Source: a virus. Taken from it: a stretch of 64,000 bases of DNA. The notes beneath the pieces are model-generated. The model did not search any database, was not told the origin of the DNA, and saw nothing but the letters and a program-made list of their open reading frames with translations. The DNA is taken from positions 1 through 64,000 of the IMG/VR virus record IMGVR_UViG_3300006921_000009; one strand, given 5' to 3'. This document shows, piece after piece, positions 54,787 through 64,000 of this stretch (its first letter is position 1; each line of letters starts with the position of its first letter). Position numbers and translations under genes: made by a program.

Positions 54787-55950
54787 ATGGAATTTGATGG
54801 CATAGACTTGGAAGACCTAGCTAATTCAGAATCAGCAGTAGTAGAAGGACTTTCTACAGAGAGCGATGAATCAGTAGGCAATGAAGAAACAACTAATAGC
54901 GACTCAGAAGAGTCTGAATCAGCACTAGAAGGCTTAGAGCCAATAGATGGTATTGATTTAGATGACTTAGCTGAGATCAGCGAAGAATTACCGGGAAGTG
55001 AAGATACCGTAGAGAACGTAGGAGAAAAAGATATTAAGGATTCAGCTAACGACACAGCTACTTCCTCTTCTCAGAATACGTTTACTTCCCTAGCCTCAGC
55101 TTTGAAGGAGGCTGGATCCTTTATTGATTTGACTGATGAAGACTTAGCGTCTGTTACAGATGCTGATTCTTTGTTAGTAATGATGGAGAAGCAAATGAAG
55201 AACAATGAGTTTGCTAACCTAAATGATAATCAAAAACAGTATTTAGAAGCGTTAGAACTAGGTATACCGCATGAACAATATGCAACTGCAAAGACTAACA
55301 GCGACCAGTATGAGAAAGTTTCAGATGAAGATATATTTGAAAGACCAGAACTGGCACAAGAATTAATTAAACGTAGTTTCCTTATTAAAGGATTTGATAA
55401 TGATAAAGCATCTAAGTATGCTGCATTAGCTACAAAAGGAGATTCCTTTCAAGAGGATGCTGTGGACGCAAGAGACGCCCTAGTTGCATACGAAAACAAC
55501 AGACTTGAGAAAGAAATAAATACCAGAAAGCAATCACTCCTTGACGATGAGACTAAAGCTCAAGAAGCTTTATCTAAATTAAAGTCAACAGTGAATGAAA
55601 CTTCTGAGGTTATACCAGGCATGAAAGTAAACTCAAGACAACGAGAGCAGATTTTTGCATCTATGACTACGCCAACAAAAGTCAAAGGTGATACTCCTCT
55701 TAATGCTGTCATGGAGAAATACGAAAATGACCAAGAGTATAAGATGAGATTACACGCACTTGATGTTATGACCAAAGGCTTCACTGATTTTTCAAAGTTT
55801 AAGAAAACTGCGACAACTAGTGCTGCAAAGAAACTTGAGAAGCAATTAGCTCAACAAGGAATTATGTCTGGAAATAGCATGAAAGATGGCGGAGTAGTTA
55901 GTACATCGCAACTTGATATGAAAAACGCTTTAGATAACCTAAAGCTATAA
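54787..55950 (+). CDS. Putative capsid scaffolding protein
   Basis: Very acidic N-terminus, coiled coil; between portal and MCP. Confidence 0.65.
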   Translation: MEFDGIDLEDLANSESAVVEGLSTESDESVGNEETTNSDSEESESALEGLEPIDGIDLDDLAEISEELPGSEDTVENVGEKDIKDSANDTATSSSQNTFTSLASALKEAGSFIDLTDEDLASVTDADSLLVMMEKQMKNNEFANLNDNQKQYLEALELGIPHEQYATAKTNSDQYEKVSDEDIFERPELAQELIKRSFLIKGFDNDKASKYAALATKGDSFQEDAVDARDALVAYENNRLEKEINTRKQSLLDDETKAQEALSKLKSTVNETSEVIPGMKVNSRQREQIFASMTTPTKVKGDTPLNAVMEKYENDQEYKMRLHALDVMTKGFTDFSKFKKTATTSAAKKLEKQLAQQGIMSGNSMKDGGVVSTSQLDMKNALDNLKL

Positions 55951-55977
55951 ACAAACAATTTTTAAAAAAAACAAATA

Positions 55978-57456
55978 ATGGCACAAAAATTATCTCCATT
56001 ACAAATGACAGATGCGACGTCATGGAAAGGTTTGACTACTGAGAATCACTTAGGTGCAATCTGGTCTACGTCTCCACAAAAAGTATCTGACATGATTATG
56101 ACAGTACAACAAAATTATTTTGGAAACAACATTGATAGTGTTCTTTCTTCTTTCCCAACTTTAGAGTTTGATTCTGATGATGACTTTACATGGGAGCTTC
56201 AATCTCAAGGACTTGACAACTGTGAATTAGTTGAATGTCGTATTGATGGTACTCCTATTACAGCTGCTGATGAGCCAGGAAAGAACGGAACTTACTTTGA
56301 ATTAGTATTTCCAAAGAACTGGTTTTCTGATACAGAGCGTATCGTAGGTGAGCTTAACGAAGTTTACCCAGTATTAATTACTGAAGAGCCAGTACGTGAA
56401 GGAATGAACTGGGTTTATACTTGTCGTATGGATTCAGGTGATCCAACTATGTCTCTTCCTTATGAAGAAGCTGTAGCTGGTAAGAAGTTCTCAGGTGAAT
56501 TTAGCCCAGTAGAGCGAACAATGTCTAGAAAAGGACGTGAGATCAAATTTAAGTCTCATATTTCTATGCGTAACTCTTTCTCTCAAATCCGTATCCAAAA
56601 GAAGACTCCAGGTAACTTAAGTAACCGTAAAATGGGATCTTACTTCAAAGGTGAAGATGGGAAAGTTGTTAAATTCTGGCAACACTATGAGTCTTTCATG
56701 TTTGACAATGCGTTCCGTGAAGATATCAACAAATTGCACATGTTTGGTACATCTAACAAGACTGCAGAAGGAAATTACTCTATTTCTGGTAAGTCTGGTT
56801 ACAAGATTACTGAAGGTGCTGGTATCCGTCAACAAATGGAAGCAGCTAACAGTTCTTTTTACAATGTATTCTCTATTGAAGCATTAGCATCTAGATTGTT
56901 AGATCTTTCTGAAGGAAAACTTAAGACTGACCAACGTGGTTTTGTTCTTAGAACAGGTGAGCGTGGTGCTTATGAGTTCCACAAATCATTAGAGAAATTC
57001 TCTCAATTGTTTACACCTCTATTGAATACTGATAGAATGTACAAAGCTAAATCTGGTATTTCTAAAATGGAATTAGGATATGGTGGACAATTCGTTGAAT
57101 TCCGTGGACCAAATAACACTCAAGTTAATTTGTCAGTGGATTCTATGTACGATGATAGAAACCGTAACAAAATGTTACATCCAAATGGTGGTGTTGTTGA
57201 ATCTTACAGATATGATATCCTTGACATAGGAACATCTGAAGGAGCTCCAAACATCCAAAAAGTTGGTGTTAAAGGACAACCAATCATCCACAAATACATC
57301 GCAGGTTTGAGAAACCCTTTCTCTCCAGATGGTGCAGTTTCTGCTATAGGAACAGCTGAGGATGCGTGGGAAGAGCACAAGTACTACTGTGGAGCAGCGA
57401 TTGTTCGTGATCCATCTAGAACTGCAAGCTTTATCCATAACATGCAAGCAGTATAA
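55978..57456 (+). CDS. Major capsid protein (crAss-like)
   Basis: 492 aa; WKGLTTENHLG N-terminus, GAGIRQQ; strong codon bias; followed by a terminator. Confidence 0.88.
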   Translation: MAQKLSPLQMTDATSWKGLTTENHLGAIWSTSPQKVSDMIMTVQQNYFGNNIDSVLSSFPTLEFDSDDDFTWELQSQGLDNCELVECRIDGTPITAADEPGKNGTYFELVFPKNWFSDTERIVGELNEVYPVLITEEPVREGMNWVYTCRMDSGDPTMSLPYEEAVAGKKFSGEFSPVERTMSRKGREIKFKSHISMRNSFSQIRIQKKTPGNLSNRKMGSYFKGEDGKVVKFWQHYESFMFDNAFREDINKLHMFGTSNKTAEGNYSISGKSGYKITEGAGIRQQMEAANSSFYNVFSIEALASRLLDLSEGKLKTDQRGFVLRTGERGAYEFHKSLEKFSQLFTPLLNTDRMYKAKSGISKMELGYGGQFVEFRGPNNTQVNLSVDSMYDDRNRNKMLHPNGGVVESYRYDILDIGTSEGAPNIQKVGVKGQPIIHKYIAGLRNPFSPDGAVSAIGTAEDAWEEHKYYCGAAIVRDPSRTASFIHNMQAV

Positions 57457-57493
57457 TTAAGATAATTAAATTATTTTAATAAAATATGAAAAG

Positions 57494-57528
57494 AATAGAG
57501 CCATCATTAGGTTGGTGGCTCTATTTTT
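57494..57528 (+). terminator. Intrinsic terminator after MCP
   Basis: AATAGAGCCATCA-TTAGGT-TGGTGGCTCTATT-TTT. Confidence 0.8.
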
Positions 57529-57530
57529 CG

Positions 57531-57538
57531 TATATTTG
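57531..57538 (+). promoter_or_regulatory. TAnnTTTG -7 promoter element
   Basis: TATATTTG immediately after the MCP terminator. Confidence 0.6.
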
Positions 57539-57555
57539 TAGAACATAAATAAATA

Positions 57556-58416
57556 ATGAGAATGAAGGAAGGAAACAAATGGGTAACACCATCAGGGAAA
57601 GTTCGCATTAAATTAATTGCTAAAGGTGTAAATTCATTAATTACGGATCCATCACATGAGGCATATAATTTATTTGGAACATCTACTAGAGATTATTTAA
57701 TCCCAGTAGACAGACAGGGTAATCTACATAACCCTTTTGAATGTAGAGAAGAAAGAGATTGGTTAGAGTCTGAATTAGACTTAGATTTGAATCACCATAA
57801 AGATGAGAAAAACTACTGGCATACAGCAAGTGTATCTTTAGGTAAGACAGATAAGAGATTAGATTTAGCTAACCCAAAGCATTACCTAGAGTATATTATT
57901 ATACGAGCAAACAAACAGTTCGTAGCCTCTAGTCTTGCAACGGCTAAGAAAAAAGCAACATACAAGTATGTAATAGTAGGAGAAAATGCTGAGATTAAAG
58001 CAACTGCTTCTAAAGCTAACTTACGTATTGAAGCTTATAAGTTCTTAGGTAAGATAGAAGATGACAAACAAGCAATGTTAGACTTCTTAAAAGTATACGG
58101 AAAGAAAGTATCTTCTGTATCTAAAATTGAATTTTTAGTTGGTGAAATGGAAAAGATCATTACTGATGACTTAGACGGTTTCATTACAACATCAAAAGAT
58201 AAAGGTAGTTACGAAATTAAATTATTAATAGCATCTGCAGTTGAATGTGGAGCCATTACTAAAGAAAAGCGTAAATACTACTTACCAGGTGGAGATGCAT
58301 TATGTGGTGAAGGAGATATTCCTACAATAGATAACGCTATTATCTACTTAAGTAACAAAGCTAACCAAGACGTTTTAACTACTCTTAAAGCTAGAGTAAA
58401 GAACGCTAAGGATTAA
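57556..58416 (+). CDS. Conserved crAss-like protein downstream of MCP
   Basis: 286 aa; synteny. Confidence 0.6.
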   Translation: MRMKEGNKWVTPSGKVRIKLIAKGVNSLITDPSHEAYNLFGTSTRDYLIPVDRQGNLHNPFECREERDWLESELDLDLNHHKDEKNYWHTASVSLGKTDKRLDLANPKHYLEYIIIRANKQFVASSLATAKKKATYKYVIVGENAEIKATASKANLRIEAYKFLGKIEDDKQAMLDFLKVYGKKVSSVSKIEFLVGEMEKIITDDLDGFITTSKDKGSYEIKLLIASAVECGAITKEKRKYYLPGGDALCGEGDIPTIDNAIIYLSNKANQDVLTTLKARVKNAKD

Positions 58417-58431
58417 TAAAAACAAAACAAA

Positions 58432-59142
58432 ATGACAGGAACGGAAATGGAACAAGAGTTCCTAATACTTTATGATAAAGTTACAAGCTTTGACGCTCCT
58501 GGGTATACACCACTAGAAATAAGTGTCTTTTTAACTAAAGCACAAGAAAGAGTAGTTTTACGTAACATTCGCAGCCTAGGCAATAAGTACCAAGAGGGGT
58601 TTGAAGAATCTGAAATAAGACGAAAAGAACTAAATGAATTAGTAAGAGGGGTAACAATAGTTACTCCTTCTACTACTCAAACTGGTGTAGTACCTAACGG
58701 TGAATTCTTTGATTTGCCAGCAGATTTTATGATAGCGATATCAGAAGAGATTACAACGGCTAGTGATAGCTCTTGTAGTAATGGAAAAAGGCTTATGGTT
58801 AAGCCAGTCACACATGATGAGATTGCACTAAACCGTAATAATCCATTTAAAAAGCCTAGCATACTTCGGTATGTGTGGAGATTAGATAACTCAGGAGATA
58901 AGCATGAGCTTGTTACTGACGGTTCTTTCTCTGTAGCAGAGTATCATTTGAGATACTTGAAGACTTTGACACCAATTGTTATTGGAACGGATGTAGTTGA
59001 TGGCGCAACAGGTCCTTTAGATTGTGAACTTAATAGTATTATGCATAAGCAGATTATTGATGAAGCAGTTAAAATAGCAACAGGGGTCACTGATCCTGAA
59101 AAGTATCAGATTAAAACAATAGAGCAACAAGCGGGCAATTAA
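58432..59142 (+). CDS. Putative head-tail ring/adaptor protein
   Basis: EISVFLTKAQ...YHLRYLK...CELNSIMHKQIIDEAV pattern; synteny. Confidence 0.6.
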   Translation: MTGTEMEQEFLILYDKVTSFDAPGYTPLEISVFLTKAQERVVLRNIRSLGNKYQEGFEESEIRRKELNELVRGVTIVTPSTTQTGVVPNGEFFDLPADFMIAISEEITTASDSSCSNGKRLMVKPVTHDEIALNRNNPFKKPSILRYVWRLDNSGDKHELVTDGSFSVAEYHLRYLKTLTPIVIGTDVVDGATGPLDCELNSIMHKQIIDEAVKIATGVTDPEKYQIKTIEQQAGN

Positions 59143-59175
59143 TTATTTTATTAAAACAAAACAAAAACAAAAACA

Positions 59176-60402
59176 ATGAGTACATTTTCACAAAAAGATC
59201 TACAGTTGTTATTCGTAGGTGGAGCAGCAACTGCAACAACAGGTGCTATTGACGCAATGAATGACGGTGAGATTGGTATTTTTACTCCAGCAGGAACACG
59301 TATTACTGAAGCTACTGCAGCAACTGCAACTAAATTCATTATCGTTAAGAAAACTGCTAACGGAGGAGTTCCTTTAGTATCTCCAGTTTTAAACAAAGCT
59401 GATTTAACTTTAGCTAAAAGAACTATATTTGCAGCAGCTACTGAACAAGTAACTACTGTTGGTTATGATGGAACTACTGGTTCTATTGAAGCTATCAATG
59501 ATAATGAGTACCACCTACGTATTTCTTTACGTCAAGGTTATACTTCTAATCATGGTGGTCTTTACCTTAAGCACGCTTTCTACAAGTCAGATGTTAACGC
59601 AACTGAATTAGAGATTGCTTCTGCTATCGTTAAAGATGCTACAGCTAACTTATCTAAAGATGCTGAAGCTATCGCTATCGTTTCTTTACTATGTAACAAT
59701 GCTGGTACATCAACTACTGGTACTGTTGACGTTGTTAAAGGATCTTACAAAGCTGTTGCTTCTGTACCTGGTGACTTTGAAGTAGGTGGTGTTCTTAGAT
59801 TAGGAACTGCTACTACATCTCCAGTTTACAAGATAGTTTCTATCGCTGGTGATGTTCTTACTTTAGATACTAAAGTAAACGAAGCATCTGCACAATACGC
59901 TATCGCTGCTGCTGAAGCTGTATCTGCTGCTGATTCTATCGCTGCATCTTACGGTGTTAAACTTACAGGAGTTGCTTCTAAGCACGTTGTAGGAAAACTT
60001 CACGGTGATTTAATGCCTAACGCATTTGACGTTACTTTAGAGAACTTTGGTTCAACTGCTGCTGTAGTTGCTACTGCTGCTTCTGCTGGTAACGGTACTG
60101 AGAAGCAAGTTGCTGAATTAGAGTGGTTCTGTCAAGGTAACGAAGGTGATTTCCATAGAATGGGTGAGCCTAACGTAATCGCACGTAGAACTGAAGTTTC
60201 TGGTAACTACGATCTTATTGATCTACGTTCAGTTGAACTTTACACAGATTCTATTACTGTTGGACCGGTATCTAAAGAAATTACTTTAGCTATACCTGCA
60301 ACAGCTCCTAACTATGCAATTGCTGGTACTAGTGATGATATCACTGACGTATTAGAGGTTCTTGCATTTGGATCTGCAACAGGAGCATTGGCTGTATCAT
60401 AA
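59176..60402 (+). CDS. Abundant virion structural protein (putative auxiliary capsid protein)
   Basis: Ala/Thr/Gly-rich, MCP-like codon bias, followed by a strong terminator. Confidence 0.55.
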   Translation: MSTFSQKDLQLLFVGGAATATTGAIDAMNDGEIGIFTPAGTRITEATAATATKFIIVKKTANGGVPLVSPVLNKADLTLAKRTIFAAATEQVTTVGYDGTTGSIEAINDNEYHLRISLRQGYTSNHGGLYLKHAFYKSDVNATELEIASAIVKDATANLSKDAEAIAIVSLLCNNAGTSTTGTVDVVKGSYKAVASVPGDFEVGGVLRLGTATTSPVYKIVSIAGDVLTLDTKVNEASAQYAIAAAEAVSAADSIAASYGVKLTGVASKHVVGKLHGDLMPNAFDVTLENFGSTAAVVATAASAGNGTEKQVAELEWFCQGNEGDFHRMGEPNVIARRTEVSGNYDLIDLRSVELYTDSITVGPVSKEITLAIPATAPNYAIAGTSDDITDVLEVLAFGSATGALAVS

Positions 60403-60425
60403 GTCAAGCTTTTTAAATAACCCTA

Positions 60426-60460
60426 AAGGGAGGATTGAATTTTCTTTCCTCCCTTTTTTT
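60426..60460 (+). terminator. Intrinsic terminator
   Basis: AAAGGGAGGA-N12-TCCTCCCTTT-TTTT. Confidence 0.8.
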
Positions 60461-60482
60461 ATACCCAAGAAATCAAGAAATT

Positions 60483-61064
60483 ATGGCAATAGCAACATTA
60501 ACCTCTAACATTAGGGCTTGCTTTGATACTGGCTGTACGACATTAAATATTTATGACACTACAGGCGTAGAATCAACAGCAAACTCAGGTGGATGGGGAG
60601 CAACAAACATTAATACTGCAGATGTTACAGGCGCAATTATAACTTACACTACTCCAGGAGGGTCTCCAGTAGAGGTAGATGTAACAAGCGCAATTACTTC
60701 ACAAACAACTGTAGGATGTGAATTCCTTTTAGCTAGTATTGAATTACCGGCTTTAGATGGAGACTACGACTTTTCTTACGCAGTTACTGCGGCAAGTGGG
60801 ACAAAAACTAAAACAATCAGCATACTATCATTATGTGTAGTAAGATGCTGTATAGATAAATTATGGGCAAAAGCTGCTCTAGGCTTAATGGAAGAAGACT
60901 GTAACTGTGTAGATGATAAAACATCTTATACAAACCGTGCTCTAGTAGCAGAGGCAACTTACAGAGCTATTCTAAGTGGAACATCTTGTAACAATACAAA
61001 TGCAAGAGCTGCTCTACTAGCTAAGCTACAAAGAATATGTAAATTAGAAAATTGTAATTGTTAA
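60483..61064 (+). CDS. Cys-rich structural protein (probable start MAIATL at 60483)
   Basis: The listed upstream start lies inside the terminator; ends CKLENCNC. Confidence 0.6.
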   Translation: MAIATLTSNIRACFDTGCTTLNIYDTTGVESTANSGGWGATNINTADVTGAIITYTTPGGSPVEVDVTSAITSQTTVGCEFLLASIELPALDGDYDFSYAVTAASGTKTKTISILSLCVVRCCIDKLWAKAALGLMEEDCNCVDDKTSYTNRALVAEATYRAILSGTSCNNTNARAALLAKLQRICKLENCNC

Positions 61065-61067
61065 GAT

Positions 61068-61757
61068 ATGGCATGTAATGATAACGGATGTTTAGATACA
61101 TCAACGATAGTAATACCTACAGGTGCTGACGGAGCTCAGGGACCACAAGGTATTCAAGGAGCTACTGGACCTACAGGACCTACCGGTCCAACTGGACCTA
61201 CAGGAGCACAAGGACCAGCAGGAACTAATGGTACTGATGGTACTAACTCTACAGTTGCAACAGTAATACAAGATGGTTTAATACAAAACTCTGTAACTGG
61301 AGCTGCTGATGTTGGATCTATGAGTAGTTTTGCAGGTTATTCTGAAACTATACCTACAATAGCTGTAGGTGACAAATTAACTATAGAAGCTTATTACTCA
61401 AGACTAGTAGCACCTGCTTCTGGTGGATCAAATTTTTACTTTAAGTTTGGTACTGCAGGATATGTTCCTGCAAATGGTAACGTAGGGAGTGAATCTTACG
61501 GAAGTGATTTACCTTACTCTAATAAAGATATCCTACAGACTCAAATTAAAATGACTATAACAAGACTAAATAGTACTACAGTATTTTATGAGTACAATCA
61601 ATTTCTATTAGAAGGATTTGGTGTAGGTCAAAATGTAGGTAGTTTCTTTGGGACAGCTGCAATAAACTTAGATAGTGTTACTGCAATTACTCCAGAGGCA
61701 TTTGTATCTCCAGGAGGACAAACACAATTATCTTATTTTAGAGTAATTAAAAACTAA
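61068..61757 (+). CDS. Collagen-like fibre protein
   Basis: 14 consecutive G-X-Y triplets. Confidence 0.75.
   Translation: MACNDNGCLDTSTIVIPTGADGAQGPQGIQGATGPTGPTGPTGPTGAQGPAGTNGTDGTNSTVATVIQDGLIQNSVTGAADVGSMSSFAGYSETIPTIAVGDKLTIEAYYSRLVAPASGGSNFYFKFGTAGYVPANGNVGSESYGSDLPYSNKDILQTQIKMTITRLNSTTVFYEYNQFLLEGFGVGQNVGSFFGTAAINLDSVTAITPEAFVSPGGQTQLSYFRVIKN
61122..61247 (+). repeat. Collagen G-X-Y repeat (14 triplets)
   Basis: GADGAQGPQGIQGATGPTGPTGPTGPTGAQGPAGTNGTDGTN. Confidence 0.9.
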
Positions 61758-61763
61758 TCAACT

Positions 61764-62018
61764 ATGACAAACGCAGATAAACAACTAATAATCCAAGACC
61801 TTCAATGTAAGCACGGAGATTGGTTAATTAAATATGATAAAAACTTATCATATGGAATCTGTACACAAGCATGGATGGAACGCAATTTAATGATAAGCAA
61901 CTTAATAGAAGTACTTTACAGGTATAATCCTAGGAGTACTTCTAATTGCTTAGAGCTAACAGATATTAATAACATTGTATGTTCATTAAGAGAATTGTTA
62001 GTAGACTGTAATTGCTAG
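61764..62018 (+). CDS. Small Cys-rich structural protein
   Basis: 84 aa, ends VDCNC. Confidence 0.6.
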   Translation: MTNADKQLIIQDLQCKHGDWLIKYDKNLSYGICTQAWMERNLMISNLIEVLYRYNPRSTSNCLELTDINNIVCSLRELLVDCNC

Positions 62019-62038
62019 TGTACACAAAATAATATAGT

Positions 62039-62620
62039 ATGGAAATAAAATTAAACAAAACATTAATAATTATTTGTATCATACTTCTTTTTATTGTATC
62101 TTTAACGACATGCAATAACAGGCGTGGCAGCGGAGATGTTACAACTGTAGAGACAACTTATGACACTACACACGTAACTCTCACTGACACAATACCTTTC
62201 TATAATATTATAGACTCAATACGGGTAATAAACTTACCGATTGTTTCAGAAACCTCAAACTCAGATAGCTCTGAGTTTTCTTATTTAACAGAAGTTAGTG
62301 ACTCTTTACTAGATGGTAGGATTTCTACTGTAGTAAAAAGTGACGGTACTCTAGTTAATCAAAATTTTACTTATTTACCAAAGTTTCCTAAATACATTAA
62401 TAGAGTAGATTCTATTTTTGTTACCAAAGAGATTAAGACAACAACCGTTAGAAATACATGGAGTATTTATGGTGGAGTAACATTAGTCCCTGTTCAAACA
62501 CCGGCTATAATAGGTTCACTAGGTTTTAAAAGTAGAAAAGGTCATATGTATGAACTGGGATACAATCCCTTTAACCGTGACATCTTTGTAGGTGTTAAAT
62601 TTCAACTTTTTAAAAAATAA
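62039..62620 (+). CDS. Membrane-anchored protein, possible spanin-like lysis accessory
   Basis: N-terminal TM plus Cys, DTT/DSI repeats, C-terminal amphipathic beta-strands ending FQLFKK. Confidence 0.45.
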   Translation: MEIKLNKTLIIICIILLFIVSLTTCNNRRGSGDVTTVETTYDTTHVTLTDTIPFYNIIDSIRVINLPIVSETSNSDSSEFSYLTEVSDSLLDGRISTVVKSDGTLVNQNFTYLPKFPKYINRVDSIFVTKEIKTTTVRNTWSIYGGVTLVPVQTPAIIGSLGFKSRKGHMYELGYNPFNRDIFVGVKFQLFKK

Positions 62621-62624
62621 TTAA

Positions 62625-63320
62625 ATGGCAAGAAAACAACCAACCAACTTTCCTATATTAACTCGTCCAGAGGATTTAGAGTTTTTAACAGGGCAGTACA
62701 AGGGGAAGGACTTCAAGGTGGAAGCAGGGAAGTTTTTAGAAGGGGCAGCAGAATACATTGAAGCTCCAACAGCAGATGCAATGGCAGCCTTTACGCAAGG
62801 TTATTTTGCAGTAGAGACTGGTTACCATCACGGTGGCGTAGCCACAGATACAGTTATAAGTCTTTCCGCAGTAGATACTTGGGTAGACATAAATTTTACT
62901 ACAGATGCTTCAGGTTTATTTGATGAGCGACCAACAACTATGGTTACAGCTAATGCAATAGCATTTGATGATTCTACAGGATTATTTAAACTAGAAGGAT
63001 TATCTACAGAAGCATTTGCTACATTTAGATCATCTTTTTCTTTTGATCCAGATGAAGATAATGGAGAGTTATCAGTAAGATTACTATTTAATCATCACTC
63101 AGGTGTTACACCTACTACATCTACTATTGAAACAATAGCCGGTAGTTTTGCGCAAGGAGCTGATGAAGATTATGTACTAGAGCCACTACTTACATTTAAA
63201 GTCGGTGCAGATATAGATACTAATAGTACAGGTGATGCTGGTACATGTAAGTTACAAATCAATTCAACAGTACCAGGTACACTTTCAATGAGAGGTCTTA
63301 CTTGGTTTTTATACAAATAA
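62625..63320 (+). CDS. Putative structural (tail/fibre-associated) protein
   Basis: 231 aa, beta-rich, in the structural block. Confidence 0.5.
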   Translation: MARKQPTNFPILTRPEDLEFLTGQYKGKDFKVEAGKFLEGAAEYIEAPTADAMAAFTQGYFAVETGYHHGGVATDTVISLSAVDTWVDINFTTDASGLFDERPTTMVTANAIAFDDSTGLFKLEGLSTEAFATFRSSFSFDPDEDNGELSVRLLFNHHSGVTPTTSTIETIAGSFAQGADEDYVLEPLLTFKVGADIDTNSTGDAGTCKLQINSTVPGTLSMRGLTWFLYK

Positions 63321-63323
63321 GAT

Positions 63324-64000
63324 ATGGCAAAGATAAAAATTTATTCAGACCTAGCGTCAAATACTATTTTCTTTGAAGGAGCTAAACTAACTAACAAAGC
63401 AGTTGGTGAGGTAGAAGCATTAGCCCACCCAACAGAGGAGGATAGAGTTATAGTTAAAAGTACCCGATTATTCAAGAAAGGTTCTACTACAGAATATAGA
63501 GTATTTTTAAAGAGGTTAAATATTAGTAGAATACGAAATAAAGATGGACAAGACTTAACAGCTGCTCCTTTTAATTTAGATAGAGATGGTATTATAACTT
63601 ATCTTAACGAGCAGTTTAAAAAACCAACTATTACTGAGTACTTTGAGTATGACGCTACTAAAGATAGACTTGTAGCAAAGAAGGATGTAGAAGTTGCAAA
63701 GAATGGTTTTTTCTTAGGTGAAAAACACAAGATGGCTTCAGGTAACTCTAATATTTATTTTGAAGATTTAGGTAACAAAACAAACTCTTACCCAATCTTT
63801 GGAGAAATACTAGATCAATCAATACCGGCTAACCAAGCTGCAGGTGCAGGGTTTAATAAACCTAAGAGTAGAATCTTTACTGATTTTCAGTCTACTCCTT
63901 TAGGCGGTACTCCTGTTAATGATACTGCTATACCTTACGATGGTGATAACTTTTTCCCATTCAATATTAGTGGTGTTGGTATTACAACAAGAGCAGCGGA
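63324..64000 (+). CDS. Unlisted ORF truncated by the window end (MAKIKIYSDLASNTIFFEG...), putative tail/fibre protein
   Basis: Open from ATG 63324 to the end of the window. Confidence 0.65.
   Translation, partial: MAKIKIYSDLASNTIFFEGAKLTNKAVGEVEALAHPTEEDRVIVKSTRLFKKGSTTEYRVFLKRLNISRIRNKDGQDLTAAPFNLDRDGIITYLNEQFKKPTITEYFEYDATKDRLVAKKDVEVAKNGFFLGEKHKMASGNSNIYFEDLGNKTNSYPIFGEILDQSIPANQAAGAGFNKPKSRIFTDFQSTPLGGTPVNDTAIPYDGDNFFPFNISGVGITTRAA

Noticed and set aside
3427-59396. Many listed ORFs antisense to or nested within long genes (e.g. 3427-3627, 9266-9748, 10679-11335, 31517-31876, 39211-39738, 48072-48389, 54753-55055)
   Set aside because: Shadow ORFs of well-supported genes; S/L/F/I-rich translations with no motifs.
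1-64000. Stop-codon reassignment (TAG/TGA), known in some crAss-like phages
   Set aside because: All large genes (vRNAP, terL, portal, MCP, polA) are intact in the standard code, coding density is high, and no suppressor tRNA was seen.
1-64000. Prophage or host chromosomal sequence (suggested by groEL and the T9SS cargo gene)
   Set aside because: No integrase, att site or host housekeeping synteny; these genes sit inside phage operons.

Overview
This 64 kb window is a large piece of an AT-rich lytic dsDNA phage genome of the crAss-like (Crassvirales-type) group, most likely infecting an aquatic or marine Bacteroidota (Flavobacteriales) host. Layout: (i) 1-12.3 kb, + strand: three giant virion 'cargo' proteins including a 2667-aa single-chain virion RNA polymerase (DFDID motif); (ii) 12.4-44.7 kb, - strand: nucleotide metabolism (class II RNR, dUTPase), replication (PolA, SF2 helicase, DnaB, primase, Sak4-like ATPase, exonuclease, RusA), two peptidoglycan hydrolases, a spore-photoproduct-lyase homologue and a small-ORF early/accessory region with lipoproteins, a T9SS-type cargo protein and many structured intergenic elements; (iii) ~44.7-45.5 kb: non-coding divergence zone, possibly the genome terminus or origin; (iv) 45.5-64 kb, + strand: HTH protein, IHF/HU-like protein, GroES/GroEL, terminase, portal, scaffold, major capsid and further structural genes, preceded by Bacteroidota-type TAnnTTTG promoters. 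Two top hunt results. First, a complete phage-encoded ubiquitin-like conjugation cassette (Ubl ending KSG-K, E2-like, JAB/JAMM peptidase, E1/ThiF) at 22.0-25.7 kb. Second, the three ejected giant proteins carry cysteines only at their abutting termini, suggesting a head-to-tail disulfide-linked ejection chain. All calls come from motif recognition by eye; no searches were run.
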